In this document: piece by piece, positions 21,277 through 32,378 of the stretch | Position numbering within the stretch: position 1 is the stretch's first letter | How the letters are laid out: every line of letters begins with the position of its first letter | DNA from: an uncultured Chloroflexia bacterium | GTDB lineage: Bacteria; Chloroflexota; Limnocylindria; Limnocylindrales; CSP1-4 | Assembly: GCA_963763775.1 (NCBI GenBank) | Contig: CAVXPZ010000001.1 | Coordinates: 1,120,001 to 1,184,000, forward strand | Reading direction: 5' to 3' | Length of the DNA stretch: 64,000 bases | Notes under the pieces: model-generated | Database searches by the model: none | The model's input: only the letters and a program-made list of their open reading frames with translations | What the model was told of the DNA's origin: nothing | Program-made: the position numbers and the translations under genes

Positions 21277-22005
21277 TCACGGGTACGCCGGGTACTGCCA
21301 CTTCAGCTCTTTGGCGTCGAACTTGGCTTGGGCCGCATCCACCGTCTTGCCCCACTTCTTGAGGGTCTTGCGCGCGGTGCTGCAGGCCTTGCCGATGAAG
21401 AGCGGGGCGAGCTTGGCCTCGTAGCGCTTCTCGATCGCGATGTGCTGGTTCTCGTGCCAGGCGAGGTGGGTCGACATCTTGCGCCACCAGGTCGCGAGTG
21501 CTCCCGGCGCGCTCGAGGGCTTGACCCACTTCGGCAGCCAGACCGTCGACGTGAGGGCCACCGCCACCGAGGTGATGCGGCACGCCGTCGTCCCGGCGGG
21601 CGTCACGGTGTCCCAGTTCACGATCCGGCTCTGGCGGACGCAGGCCAGGGCGTCGGAGGTGCCGCAGTGCGACCTCGACCTGGCGACGGTCGACGCGAGC
21701 AACTGCCGCGGCGAGCTCCCATAGACCTTGAAGGTGTGGAGGACCCTGGTCGCATCGATCTCGGTCTGGGCGGCGTCGGTGGTCGCGGGCGAGGTGGTCG
21801 TCGACGAGGCGCTCGGTTGCGGGGTGGCGATGGGCGTCGGCGTGGGAGCGGGCGTCGGCCGTGGGGTCGGGCGGGCGGTCGGCGACGGGCTCGGCGATGG
21901 CGAGGCGACGACCGCGGCGGGCGGCGACGAGGTCGTCGTCGCGTCGCCGCACGCCGTGACGAGCACCGCGATCGCGATGAGCAGGCCGGCAACCAAGGCT
22001 CGCAT
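21277..22005 (-). CDS. Lipoprotein with DUF922-like putative Zn-peptidase domain
   Basis: Lipobox LVTAC, Pro/Thr linker, VWLPKW, WHENQH; TACAGT 7 nt upstream of ATG. Confidence 0.7.
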   Translation of the reverse strand: MRALVAGLLIAIAVLVTACGDATTTSSPPAAVVASPSPSPSPTARPTPRPTPAPTPTPIATPQPSASSTTTSPATTDAAQTEIDATRVLHTFKVYGSSPRQLLASTVARSRSHCGTSDALACVRQSRIVNWDTVTPAGTTACRITSVAVALTSTVWLPKWVKPSSAPGALATWWRKMSTHLAWHENQHIAIEKRYEAKLAPLFIGKACSTARKTLKKWGKTVDAAQAKFDAKELKWQYPAYP

Positions 22006-22038
22006 GACGCGCACTGTACGCGTCCGGCCCGGGACGCC

Positions 22039-23716
22039 CTATCGCATCGAGCTCGCCGACCTGGCCGCCCGGAGGCGCCGCATCACGTCGTTCCCGCCGC
22101 GGCCGAAGTAGTCGTGCAAGGTCATGTAGTCGGCGAACAGCCGGTCGTACACCCGACCCGCCGACGCGTTCGGCAGATACGTTCGGACGCTCGGCCGGAC
22201 CATGGCCGCCGCCGCCGCCTCGATCGATGCGTAGCCGCCGGCCGCGGCGCCCGCGGCCACCGCCCCGTACATCGCCGACCCGAGGGCCGGTGCCTGGCTC
22301 GATGACGCCACCTCGAACGGTCGGCCGGTGATGTCGGCGGAGAGCTGCATCAGGAGGCCGTTCCGCTCGGGGAGTCCGCCGCAGGCGACGACCCGGTCGA
22401 CGGCGACACCGGCCGTATCGAGCGACTCGATGATCGCGCGGGTCCCGAAGGCGGTCGCCTCGAGCAGCGCCCGGTAGATCTCGGGCGGGCGGGTCGCCAG
22501 GGTCGCGCCGATCAACAGGCCGCTGAGATCCACATCGACGAGGATCGAGCGGTTGCCGTTCCACCAGTCGAGCGCCAGGAGTCCGGACTCGCCCGGCAGC
22601 AGCTGGCTGGCATCGCGCTCCAGCGCCTGGTGGACCGTCAGGCCCTCGCGCCGTGCCGCCTCGTGGACGTCGGGCGGGACGGCCTGGGCCGTGAACCAGG
22701 CGAAGATGTCACCGACGGCGGACTGACCGGCCTCGTAGCCGAAGAACCCGGGGATGATCCCGTCCTCGACCACGCCGCACATGCCCTCGGCCGCGACGAG
22801 GCGCTCGCCGAGGACCAGGTGGCAGGTGCTCGTGCCCATGACCGCGACCATCGTCCCGGGCGCGGTGACGCCCACGGCCGGCACCGACACGTGCGCGTCG
22901 ACGTTGGCGATGGCCACGGCCGTCCCCGGGCGAAGGCCCGTCCAACGAGCCGCCTCCACGGACAGGACGCCCGCGCAGTCGCCGATCGAGCGGATGTCGC
23001 GCGACATCTTGTCGTCGACCACCGAGGCGAAGCCCGGATCCAGCGCCCCGAAGTACGCCCGATCCGGGAAGCCGTCCCGCTTGGACCAGATGGCCTTGTA
23101 GCCCGCGGTGCAGGAGTTGCGGGTCTCGGTCCCGGTCAGCTGCCAGACCACCCAGTCGGCCCCCTCGATGAGCCGGTCCGCGGCCTGATAGACCCGCGGC
23201 GCCTCGTCGAGGATCTGCAGGCTCTTCGAGTAGAACCACTCCGACGAGATGCGACCGCCGTACCTCGGGAGCCACGGCTCACCGCGCGCCGCCGCGACGG
23301 CGTTGATCCGGTCCGCCTCCGGCTGCGCCGCATGGTGCTTCCAGAGCTTCACCCAGGCGTGCGGTTCGCGGCGAAGTCCGTCGATCTCGCAGAGTGGCCG
23401 GCCGTCGGCGGTGGTCGGCAACATCGTGCAGGCGGTGAAGTCGATGCCCGACGCCGACGACATCCTCCGGCGGAACGCCCGTCTCCGCGAGCAACCGCGG
23501 GATCGTCGACTTGAGCGTCTCGATGTAGTCGGCGGGGTCCTGGAGGGCCCAGTCGTGCTCGAGGACGACGTCCTCGTCGGGCGACGGCAGGTGCGCGTCG
23601 ATCACGCCGTTGGCATAGGGGTGCACGGCCGTGGCGAGCTCCGCGCCGGTCGCGAGATCGACGAGGATGGCGCGGCCCGAGCCGGTCCCGAAGTCGACGC
23701 CGATCGCGGTCTTCAT
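22039..23716 (-). CDS. araB: L-ribulokinase (frameshift near 23450)
   Basis: IGVDFGTGSGRA, WALQDPADY, GIDFTACT, VKLWKHHAAQ, YGGRISSEW, LDWWNGNRS. Confidence 0.93.
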
Positions 23717-24435
23717 GACCGGCGCTCGCGGTCGCTCCGCTGGCCGTAGTAGGCGGTCGTGCCGTGCTTGCGGTCGAAATGTCGATGGAGCAGGGCATCG
23801 CCGAGCACCGCCGCGTCAGGGTCGATCGTCAGCGTCCGCCAGGCCATCGTCGCGATCGTCTCCAGGGCCACCGCGGCTTCGACCGCCGCGGCCGGCGACA
23901 CCCCCCAGGTGAACGGCCCGTGGCCGCGAACGAGGACCGCCGGCGAATCCTCGCTGGTCCGCTCCACGGCGCGAAGCGTTTCGATGATGACACCGCCGGT
24001 GGCCCATTCGTAGTCACCATCGATCTCGTCCGCCCGAAGGTCTCGGCTGACCGGGACGGGGCCGCGGAAGAAGTCGGCGTGGGTCGTCCCGAGCGCCGGG
24101 ATCGCGCGGCCGGCCTGCGCCCACGCGGCTGCCGAGGTCGAGTGCGTGTGCACGACCCCGCCGATCTCCGGGTACTCGAGATAGAGGCGGCGGTGGGTGG
24201 GCGTGTCGGTCGACGGCCGGCGGTCACCGCCGAGCACGCGGCCGTCATCGAGGGCGACCTCGACGAGGTCGCCCGGCTCGATCGTGGAGCACGGCAGGCC
24301 GCTGGGCTTGATCACGAGGACGCCTCGCGCCCGGTCCACGCCCGAGACGTTGCCGAAGGCCAGCGTGACGAGCCCCGCGCGATCGACCGCGCGGTTGGCC
24401 TCGGCGACCTGGACCCGGAGGTCGTCGATCGTCAT
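23713..24435 (-). CDS. araD: L-ribulose-5-phosphate 4-epimerase
   Basis: GNVSG, IKPSG, PSTDTPTH, VHTHS, GTTHADFF, HGPFTWG, RKHG..AYYGQ. Confidence 0.95.
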   Translation of the reverse strand: MTIDDLRVQVAEANRAVDRAGLVTLAFGNVSGVDRARGVLVIKPSGLPCSTIEPGDLVEVALDDGRVLGGDRRPSTDTPTHRRLYLEYPEIGGVVHTHSTSAAAWAQAGRAIPALGTTHADFFRGPVPVSRDLRADEIDGDYEWATGGVIIETLRAVERTSEDSPAVLVRGHGPFTWGVSPAAAVEAAVALETIATMAWRTLTIDPDAAVLGDALLHRHFDRKHGTTAYYGQRSDRERRS

Positions 24436-26353
24436 GATCGCGCCCGCCTCGGCGGCGGCCGGCCCTTCGGGGATCCAGACGCGCATCGCGCCAGCGCCAC
24501 GGTTCGCCCAGGCCAGGTACGGGATCGCCGTGACGTCGAGGGCACGGTCGGCCGTCGAGACCGGGACCGCGAGCCCGACCACCGAGGCGCCCAAGGTCCG
24601 TGCGAGGTACCGGCACCGGGCTCGCGGCCGCCGGGATCGCGACGTCCTCCAACTCGACACCCTGCGGCAGGTCGGCGGTCTCGAGCGCGTAGACGAGCGG
24701 GCCCCGTTCGAGGGCGACACAGCCCCGCACCGCGTCGATCCGCGCGTCCGGACGGGTGATCCGGGCGGGCATGTCGAGGTCGAGGACGACCGTGTCGCCC
24801 GGTCGCCACGATCGCGCGAGCGTCACCGTCCGCTCGCCGGCGGGGACGGCCGCGGGGGTCGCGTCTCCCCCGTCGCCGGAGACACGGACCGAGGCCGTCC
24901 GACACCAACCCGGGATGCGGAGCGACAGCTCCCAGGGCGCTTCCGGCGTGGCGACGACCCGGACCTCGACCCGTCCATCCCACGGATACTCGGTCTCGAT
25001 GGCCAGTCGCACGTCGCCGCTGACGACGTCCGACGCCGCGTACTGGTGCAACTGCACGCCGGTGCTGTTGCCGGTCGCGACGAGTTGCTGCCAGCTGCTC
25101 ACGAACCGCATGAGGTTGGGCGGGCAGCACGCACACGCGTACCACGGTTTCCGGGCCGCCTCGCCGGCCTCGGCCCACGCCTGGTGGGTCCGCCGCTGGA
25201 GGGGGTTGACGTAGAAGAACTCGGTGGCGTCGGCGGACAACGCGGGCAGGATCGCGTTGTAGGTGGTCCGCTCCAGGACATCCGCGCAGTCCGGATCACC
25301 GGTCGCGAGCAGCAGGCGCCACGCCAGCATCGCCGAGGCGATCGCCGCACAGGTCTCGGCATACGCCCGGTCGGGCGGCAACTCGAATGGGTCCCCGAAC
25401 GCCTCGTCCTTGTGACGACTGCCGAGCGCGCCCGTCAGGTACGACCGCGTCGCCACCATGTCGCGCCACCGGCGCTGGACGCTCTCGAGCAGGCCCTGGT
25501 CGCCAAGCTCGACCGCCACATCGACGGCGCCACAGTCGAGATACAGCTGGCGGACCGCGTGCCCGACGACCTCGGGGGCGTCCCGGACGGGCAGGTGATC
25601 CTGCCAGTAACCGCGTCCGAACCGACCACTGCCGAGGGACCCATGCCCGCGCCGTTCGATGAAGGCTGCCGCAAGGTCCAGATGCCGGCGGTCGCCGGTG
25701 ACCCGGAACAATTCGACCAACGACATCTCGATCTCGGGATGACCGTCGATGGCCGCCCGACCGTTCGGGCCGAGTTCCCGCTCGACGGAGGCAGCCGCAC
25801 GCTCGGCGACGAGGAGGAGGCGGTCGTCGCCGAGCGCACGGTGCCAGGCGATGGCTGCCTGGATGAGATGGCCGATGCAGTAGAGCTCGTGGCCCCAGCG
25901 GAGGTCGGCATAGGCCGTTCCCGGCTTGAGCACCTGGACGAACGTGTTGATGTAGCCGTCAGCCTGCTGGGCTGCCTCGACCAGACCGATCGCCTCGTCG
26001 GCCATCGCGCGGATCGCCGGATCGGGCGAGCGACCCAGCTCCCAGCCGGTCGCCTCGAGCCATTTGTAGACGTCGGAGTCCAGGAACGGGAACGGTCCGT
26101 CGAACATGACCCCCAGCGCCCGGTACCCGGTCCCGGCTCGGGTCGCGGCGAGGTCGAAGTTGGCCAGCGTCCCGGCCGCCTGGAGCTGTCGGTAGCCCGC
26201 AGGGATGGTCCGCTCGCGGTTGTTCGCGGCACGCGCCGCCCAGAACCCGCCCGTCAATGCCACATCGGTCGCGCTGAGCGGGACCAGCCGCGTCGATCCG
26301 GGCGTCGGGACGACGGCGGCGGCCGTCGGGGTGGTCGCGGGCGAAGGGACCAT
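24432..26353 (-). CDS. GH127 beta-L-arabinofuranosidase-like protein (frameshifts near 3' end)
   Basis: FLDSDVYKWLE, HELYCIGH, GHPEIE, GHAVRQLYL, YAETCAA, CACCPPN, YPWDG, IPYLAWANRG. Confidence 0.92.
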
Positions 26354-26355
26354 CG

Positions 26356-27864
26356 CTACGGCGTGCGATTGAGGAAGTAGAACGCCGAGTTCCAGCGGAG
26401 CTCGCGCCGGAACTCGGCCGCCGTCGTGCGGGCATCGATCGTGACGAGCTCGATGTCGGCGATCTCGGCGAAGTCGATGATGGGCTCGATCGGCAGGCTG
26501 CTCGTCAGCGCGGTGTGATGCGGCCCGCCGGCCGTCAACCACGCCTCGGCCGCGGTCTGCAGGTCTGGCCGCGGCCGCCAGACGGCCCGCGCGACGGGCA
26601 GGCGCGGGAGTGGCGCGTCCGGCTCGACGATGTCGACCTCGCTCGCGATCATGCGGAACCGGTCGCCGAGGTCGGCGAGGCCGAGGATCACCGCCGGCCC
26701 GGTCGCCGCGTCGAACACGAGCCGCACGGGGTCCGACTTGCCGCCGATCGACAACGGATGGATCTCGCACGACGGCTTGCCCGTCGCGAGGCTCGGGCAG
26801 ACCTCGAGCATGTGCGCCCCGAGGACCTCGGGAACGGGGTCGCCGAGGTGGTACGTGTAGTCCTCCATGAACGAGGTCCCGCCGGGCAGGCCCTCCGCCA
26901 TGACCTTGAGGATGCGGACGAGCGCGGCGGCCTTCCAGTCGCCCTCCGCGCCGAACCCGTAGCCTTCGGCCATCAACCGCTGCACGCCGATCCCGGGCAG
27001 CTGGTCCAGGCCGCCGAGGTCCTCGAACGTGTCGGTCACGGCGCCGAAGCCGCCGTCTTCGAGGAACGCTCGCAGCCCACCTTCGATCCGGGCGGCGGTG
27101 CGGAGCTCGGCATGCCGCTCGCCACCGGTCCGGAGGGCGGGTGCGACCTGGTAGGACCCTTCGTACGCCTCGACCAGGGCGCTCACGTCGGCGTCCGAGA
27201 CGGCCTCGACGCGGGCGACCAGCTCGTCGACCCCGTAGCCGTTCACGGAGAACCCCAGTCGCGCCTGGGCCTCGACCTTGTCGCCTTCGGTGACCGCGAC
27301 CTCGCGCATGTTGTCGCCGAACCGGGCGATCCGCAGGCGATGGGATTCGTGCCAGCCCGCGGCGGCGCGCGCCCACCAGCCGAGCCGACCGAGGACGGCC
27401 TCGTCCTCCCAGTGTCCGACGATGGTCTTCCGGCCGCGACGGAGACGCGTCTGGATGAACGCGAACTCGCGGTCGCCGTGCGCGGCCTGGTTCAGGTTCA
27501 TGAAATCCATGTCGATGTCCGACCAGGGCAGGTCGCGGTTGAACTGCGTGTGCAGGTGGACCAACGGCTTGCGCAGGTCGGTCAGACCGCCGATCCACAT
27601 CTTGGCCGGCGAGAACGTGTGCATCCAGGCGATGACGCCGATGCAGGACGGAGACGCATCCGCATCGCGGAGCACGGCGGCGATGGAATCCGGCGTCGTC
27701 ACGACCGGTTTGGCCACGATCCGGACCGGGATGCTGGCGGCCCCGTCGAGGTGCCTCGCGATGTGGCGGGCATTCTGCTCGACCTGTTGCAGGACGGCCT
27801 CGCCGTAGAGGTGCTGGCTGCCCGTGACGAACCACGCCTCGAGCTCCTGCAGGACCGGCTTCAC
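26356..27864 (-). CDS. araA: L-arabinose isomerase
   Basis: [52 protein letters not shown]. Confidence 0.97.
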   Translation of the reverse strand: MKPVLQELEAWFVTGSQHLYGEAVLQQVEQNARHIARHLDGAASIPVRIVAKPVVTTPDSIAAVLRDADASPSCIGVIAWMHTFSPAKMWIGGLTDLRKPLVHLHTQFNRDLPWSDIDMDFMNLNQAAHGDREFAFIQTRLRRGRKTIVGHWEDEAVLGRLGWWARAAAGWHESHRLRIARFGDNMREVAVTEGDKVEAQARLGFSVNGYGVDELVARVEAVSDADVSALVEAYEGSYQVAPALRTGGERHAELRTAARIEGGLRAFLEDGGFGAVTDTFEDLGGLDQLPGIGVQRLMAEGYGFGAEGDWKAAALVRILKVMAEGLPGGTSFMEDYTYHLGDPVPEVLGAHMLEVCPSLATGKPSCEIHPLSIGGKSDPVRLVFDAATGPAVILGLADLGDRFRMIASEVDIVEPDAPLPRLPVARAVWRPRPDLQTAAEAWLTAGGPHHTALTSSLPIEPIIDFAEIADIELVTIDARTTAAEFRRELRWNSAFYFLNRTP

Positions 27865-27895
27865 GGTTCGCCCCTCCCGCTCCGATGCGATGCCA

Positions 27896-28780
27896 TCACT
27901 TGAGCGCTCCTTGCGTGAACCCGGAGACGTAGTACCGCTGCAGCAGCAGGTAGATCGCGATGCACGGGATCATCGCGATCGTGATCCCGGCCTGAAGCAT
28001 GCCCCAGTCGGTCCCGCCCAGGCTGGTCTCGGCGCGAGCCGTGGCCAGGATCAGCGGCAGCGTGAACGTGGAGGCCCGGCTCAACAGGACCAGCGCCGCC
28101 AGGAACTCGTTCCAGGACGTGACGAAGGCGAACAGCGCCACCGTGACGATCGCCGGCACGACGGCCGGGATGAAGATCGATCGGAGGATCTGCCAGGAGT
28201 TCGCGCCGTCAGTGAGCGCTGCCTCCTCGAGCTCGACCGGCACCGATTCGAAGCTGTTGCGCATGATGTAGAGGCTGAACGGCAGCTGGATCGCGGTATG
28301 GACGATGGCCAGCCCGAGCAGCGTGTTGGTCAACTTGACCTGGGCGAACATCAGGAAGATCGGCGTCAGCAGCGCCTGGTACGGGATGATCAGGGCCAGC
28401 AGCAGGAAGACGAAGATGCCCTCCTTGCCCGGCACCGGGAAGCGGGCCAGTCCATAGCCGGCGGGGATCGTCAGCGCGAGCGTGAACGCGATCGTCATGA
28501 ACGCCGTCGCGAAGCTGTTGCCGAGATAGGTCGGCAGGCCCGCCTGGTACGACCACAGTCGCTGGTACGACTCCAGGCTGAGCTCGTGCGGGATGTAGGT
28601 GGGCGGGACCGCCGCGGCTTCGGCCGTCGTCTTGACCGACGCGAGCATCGACAGGACGATCGGCGTGAGCATGAACACGCCGATGATCAGGCAGATCGCC
28701 CCCACGAGGTAGCGATTCCGGCCCGCCCAGACCCGTGACCAGGCACGGGTGACCGGCGCTCCGGCGGTGACGGCGGTCAT
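27896..28780 (-). CDS. Carbohydrate ABC transporter permease (MalG-like)
   Basis: [14 protein letters not shown] loop, SWNEF, TM helices. Confidence 0.93.
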   Translation of the reverse strand: MTAVTAGAPVTRAWSRVWAGRNRYLVGAICLIIGVFMLTPIVLSMLASVKTTAEAAAVPPTYIPHELSLESYQRLWSYQAGLPTYLGNSFATAFMTIAFTLALTIPAGYGLARFPVPGKEGIFVFLLLALIIPYQALLTPIFLMFAQVKLTNTLLGLAIVHTAIQLPFSLYIMRNSFESVPVELEEAALTDGANSWQILRSIFIPAVVPAIVTVALFAFVTSWNEFLAALVLLSRASTFTLPLILATARAETSLGGTDWGMLQAGITIAMIPCIAIYLLLQRYYVSGFTQGALK

Positions 28781-29655
28781 GTCTCGCTCCGGCGCGTCAG
28801 GGCCATCTGGACGACCGTGAAGACGAGGATGATCGTCGCCAGGATCAGCGACAGGGCGGCCCCGTAGCCGAGATGCAGATACGGGAACGAGTTCTTGTAG
28901 ATGAAGAAGACCGCGGTCGAGGTCTGGTTGAAGGGTTGGCCGGCGGTCATGATGTAGAACTGGTCGAACGCCAGCAGCGAGCCGATCGCGCTGACCAGGG
29001 TGACGAGCAGGATCGTGCGGCGGGTCAGCGGCACGGTCACCCGTCGGGTCCGCTGCCAGAAGCTCGCGCCATCGACCATGGTCGCCTCGTTGATCTCGCT
29101 CGGGATGGACTGGATCGCGGCAACGAAGAGGATCATGCCGAAGCCGAGGACCTTCCAGACGACCGACGTGATGATCGACCAGGTCGACAGATCGGCGTCC
29201 ACGCCGAGCCAGAGGACCGGCTTGTCGATCAGGCCGAGGTCGAGCAGCGCCTTGTTGATCAGTCCGAATGTCGGGTCGAACAGCCAGACCCACAGGAGGC
29301 TCGACACGCCGAGGCCGATGACCACCGGCACGAAGATGATCGCCCGAGTCGTCCGACGCAGCGGCGTATTCGGCGAGACCAGCAAGGCGAGCAGATACCC
29401 GCCGATGATCAGGATCGGGGTGATCAGGAGGGTGTACTTCAGCGTGTAGCCGAGCGAGCTCCAGAACTGCGAATCCGAGAGCACCTGCTGGAAGTTCGTC
29501 AGCCCGGTGAACTTCGGCGGCGTGATGAGGGACCAGTTGGTGAACGACATGCCCACCATCCCGGCCAGTGGCACGGCCGTGAAGAGCAGCACGAAGACGA
29601 CCGCCGGGGTCACGTAGAGCAGTCCGGTCAATCGTCGACGTCGTCTGGCGGTCAT
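28777..29655 (-). CDS. Carbohydrate ABC transporter permease (MalF-like)
   Basis: FTGLTNF, EATMVDGA, FDQFYIMT, GYGAA. Confidence 0.93.
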   Translation of the reverse strand: MTARRRRRLTGLLYVTPAVVFVLLFTAVPLAGMVGMSFTNWSLITPPKFTGLTNFQQVLSDSQFWSSLGYTLKYTLLITPILIIGGYLLALLVSPNTPLRRTTRAIIFVPVVIGLGVSSLLWVWLFDPTFGLINKALLDLGLIDKPVLWLGVDADLSTWSIITSVVWKVLGFGMILFVAAIQSIPSEINEATMVDGASFWQRTRRVTVPLTRRTILLVTLVSAIGSLLAFDQFYIMTAGQPFNQTSTAVFFIYKNSFPYLHLGYGAALSLILATIILVFTVVQMALTRRSET

Positions 29656-29692
29656 TCGGTCTCCACGACACACGATGGTGAAGGGTGGAACC

Positions 29693-29724
29693 GGCCGCGG
29701 CGCTCCTCTCGAAGCGCCGCGGCC
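29693..29724 (-). terminator. Intergenic stem-loop after the solute-binding protein gene
   Basis: GGCCGCGGCGCT-N8-AGCGCCGCGGCC, perfect 12-bp stem. Confidence 0.6.
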
Positions 29725-29755
29725 ATCCGTATCGGGGTCGACTACCTCGATCGGG

Positions 29756-31177
29756 TCACTTGCAGGAGATCGCCTTCATGGCGGTCTTGGCATCGTTGAT
29801 GACCGTGTCGAGATCATCGTTGGTGTAGTACGCCCGCTGGAGCTGTTGCAGCCAGGGGCCAGCCGGATCGTTGATCTGCTCGAAGAACGTCAGGCTGTAG
29901 GGGGTCTTGCCGACGCTGAGGGCCTTGGCCACGTCCGCCATGAGCGGTTCGGCCTTGTAGTACTGGTTGTCGGCGAGCTTCGGATCGGTCCGGGTCGGCA
30001 GGTTGAGCGCCTTGGCGTACAGCTCGACCTGGTTCTTGTCGGTCAATAGATAGTGCATGAACGCGAGCGCATCGTCGACGCGCTTGCTGCCCTTCGGGAT
30101 GACGACCAGGTCGCCGCCGATGAACGAGGCGGACTTGCCGGCCTCCATGCCCGGCAGCAGGCTGATCCCGAAGTCGAACGGGTGGTCCTTCATCTGGTCG
30201 CGCGCGAGCACGATGTTGAAGTTGCCCGTCCCCATCATGCCGAGCTTGCCCGTGCCGAACTGCTCGGCGAAGGTCGCACCGGTCTCGGCGCGAGCGCTCT
30301 CGGGGACGTTCTTGGCCGCGACCATGTCGCGCGCCCACTGGTCGACCTGCTTGACGCCGTCGCCGACGAGGGGCTCGTCGCCGCACTTGTTGGCCTCGAT
30401 GGTGGCGCCGGACGCCCACATCAACGGACCGACGGTGAAGATGTTGCAGCCGGCGCAGTTGCCCGGCAGGTAGTAGCCGGTGACGCCGTCACCGAGCGCG
30501 GTGATCTTGTCGGCGTACGCCCGGACCTCGGCGAGGCTGGTCGGCGGCTTGTTCGGGTCCAGGCCGGCCTTCTTGAACAGGTCCTTGTTGTAGAAGAGCG
30601 CCGACACGTCGGCGTAGAGCGGCACGCCGAACAGGCGGTCGTTGAACGTCGCGACGGTCTTGTGGCCGGGGCTGACGTCGGCCAACTCCGCCCAGTCCTT
30701 GGTCTGATCGGTGATGTCGACCAACTGGCCCGCGTTCTCGAACTGCGGGGCGTAGATGAGGTCCATCCCCATCAGGTCCGGGACGTCACCCGAGGCGATG
30801 CCCTGGGCGATCTTCGCCACCATGTCCGTGTGGACGATGTAGCTCAGATTGATCGGCTTGGTCGGGTTCTCCGCGTTCCAGGCACACACGAGGATGTCGA
30901 CCATCCCCTTGTTGCCGCCCGAGCGCTCCCACATCTGCATCGCATTCGGGTCGGTGCTCTGGGCGCAGGCCTTGGCAGGCTCGGGTGTCGGCGCCGCTGC
31001 GGCGGCACTCTCGGTGGCGGCGGCCGAGGCCGGCGCCGAAGCGGCTGCGGACGGGGCTGGCGCGGAACTGGCGGTGCCCCCTCCGGACGGCGCGCTCGAT
31101 GCCGTCGACGACGAACACGCGGCGAACATCATGATCGCCACGAACGCGAGGGCGGGCAACCTGAGACGGCTCCTCAT
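29756..31177 (-). CDS. Sugar ABC transporter solute-binding lipoprotein
   Basis: Lipobox FAAC, Ala/Ser linker, PDLM, GVPLYADVSALFYNKDLFKKAGLDP. Confidence 0.93.
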   Translation of the reverse strand: MRSRLRLPALAFVAIMMFAACSSSTASSAPSGGGTASSAPAPSAAASAPASAAATESAAAAAPTPEPAKACAQSTDPNAMQMWERSGGNKGMVDILVCAWNAENPTKPINLSYIVHTDMVAKIAQGIASGDVPDLMGMDLIYAPQFENAGQLVDITDQTKDWAELADVSPGHKTVATFNDRLFGVPLYADVSALFYNKDLFKKAGLDPNKPPTSLAEVRAYADKITALGDGVTGYYLPGNCAGCNIFTVGPLMWASGATIEANKCGDEPLVGDGVKQVDQWARDMVAAKNVPESARAETGATFAEQFGTGKLGMMGTGNFNIVLARDQMKDHPFDFGISLLPGMEAGKSASFIGGDLVVIPKGSKRVDDALAFMHYLLTDKNQVELYAKALNLPTRTDPKLADNQYYKAEPLMADVAKALSVGKTPYSLTFFEQINDPAGPWLQQLQRAYYTNDDLDTVINDAKTAMKAISCK

Positions 31178-31260
31178 CCCGTGCTCCTCCTCTGTCGAAC
31201 TCACCGGGCCGCCGCGTTTCCCACTGCGGCCGATGCCCGGCCAGCGGTACACTACCACGG

Positions 31261-31298
31261 GCGCAATCGAGTGTGTGCATTCGTTTGCACGATTGCGC
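31261..31298. promoter_or_regulatory. Putative LacI-family operator in divergent promoter
   Basis: GCGCAATCG...CGATTGCGC inverted repeat enclosing TGCATTCGTTTGCA (central CG); related copy upstream of lacI. Confidence 0.65.
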
Positions 31299-31341
31299 AG
31301 TGACTCGCGATCCGACGATGACGCACCCGATGGAGGGGCAC

Positions 31342-32304
31342 GTGACGGACCTCAGACTCGGCATCAACCTCTGGAGCCAGGCGAGCGACTGGCCGTCGTT
31401 CCTCGCCGCCGGGAAGCGGGCCGAGGAGCTCGGCTACGACCACCTGTGGACGTGGGACCACCTGTACGCGATCTTCGGCGACCCCCATCAGCCGATCCAC
31501 GAAGGCTACGCCGCGCTGGCCGCACTCGCCCAGGCGACGTCGAGGATCCGGCTCGGGCTCTTCGTCGGCGCGAACACGTTCCGGAACCCGGGCCTGGCGA
31601 CCAAGTCGGTCGTCACCATCGATCACATCAGTGCCGGCCGGGCGATCTTCGGGATCGGCGGCGCGTGGTTCGAAGGCGAGCACCAGGCGTTCGGGTTCGA
31701 CTTCGGGTCCGGGTTCGGCCAACGTCTCGACTGGCTCGACGAAGCCGCGTCGGCGGTGCGGACCCTGCTCGACGGCGGCCAGGTGACCAGTGACCCGGGT
31801 GGCCGGTATGCCTTCGACGAGCTCCGGATCACCCCGTTGCCGGTCCAGGCGCACCTGCCGCTCATGATCGGCGGCGCCGGGGAGAAGAAGACGCTTCGGA
31901 TCGTCGCCCGGTACGCGGACATGTGGAACGTCTTCGGGACGCCGGAGACCGTGGCCCACAAGGACGCCGTGCTCCGGGCGCATTGCCAGGAGATCGGGCG
32001 CGACCCCGACGCGATCGAGCGGACGCTGGGGTTCAAGCCGGTGATCAGGTCTACCCCTGAGGCGGCCGAGCGCGCGTACCTCGACATGCTGGAGCACAAC
32101 CGGACGCCGGTCTCCCGGATGGAGGGCGACGTCTCGGTGTGGCTCGGCACGCCCGATCAGATCGCCGGCACCATGCTCGACTATCGGCGCGCGGGTTTCC
32201 ACACGTTCATCGCCGAGCTGGCGGCGCCATATGACATGGAGACCATGGAGTCGCTGATCGGCGTCGTGAAGCCGATGGTCGAGGACCAGACCGCCGGGAC
32301 ATAG
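31342..32304 (+). CDS. LLM-class (probably F420-dependent) oxidoreductase
   Basis: LWTWDHL, RNPGLATK..TIDHISAGR, GIGGAW, MIGGAGEKKTLRIVARYADMWN. Confidence 0.9.
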   Translation: MTDLRLGINLWSQASDWPSFLAAGKRAEELGYDHLWTWDHLYAIFGDPHQPIHEGYAALAALAQATSRIRLGLFVGANTFRNPGLATKSVVTIDHISAGRAIFGIGGAWFEGEHQAFGFDFGSGFGQRLDWLDEAASAVRTLLDGGQVTSDPGGRYAFDELRITPLPVQAHLPLMIGGAGEKKTLRIVARYADMWNVFGTPETVAHKDAVLRAHCQEIGRDPDAIERTLGFKPVIRSTPEAAERAYLDMLEHNRTPVSRMEGDVSVWLGTPDQIAGTMLDYRRAGFHTFIAELAAPYDMETMESLIGVVKPMVEDQTAGT

Positions 32305-32339
32305 CCCGCGACGGCCGTTCCGGGACGGCCTCGCACGGA

Positions 32340-32366
32340 GCGCAATCGTATGTATGCATCCGATGC
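32340..32366. promoter_or_regulatory. Second LacI-type operator (autoregulatory)
   Basis: GCGCAATCGTATGTATGCATCCGATGC resembles 31261-31288 and abuts the TACGCT -10 box of lacI. Confidence 0.55.
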
Positions 32367-32378
32367 TACGCTTCATCC

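Noticed and set aside
23713-24720. Apparent GH127-AraD fusion
   Set aside because: An ATGA overlap at 24432-24435 indicates separate genes; the in-frame join is explained by a nearby indel.
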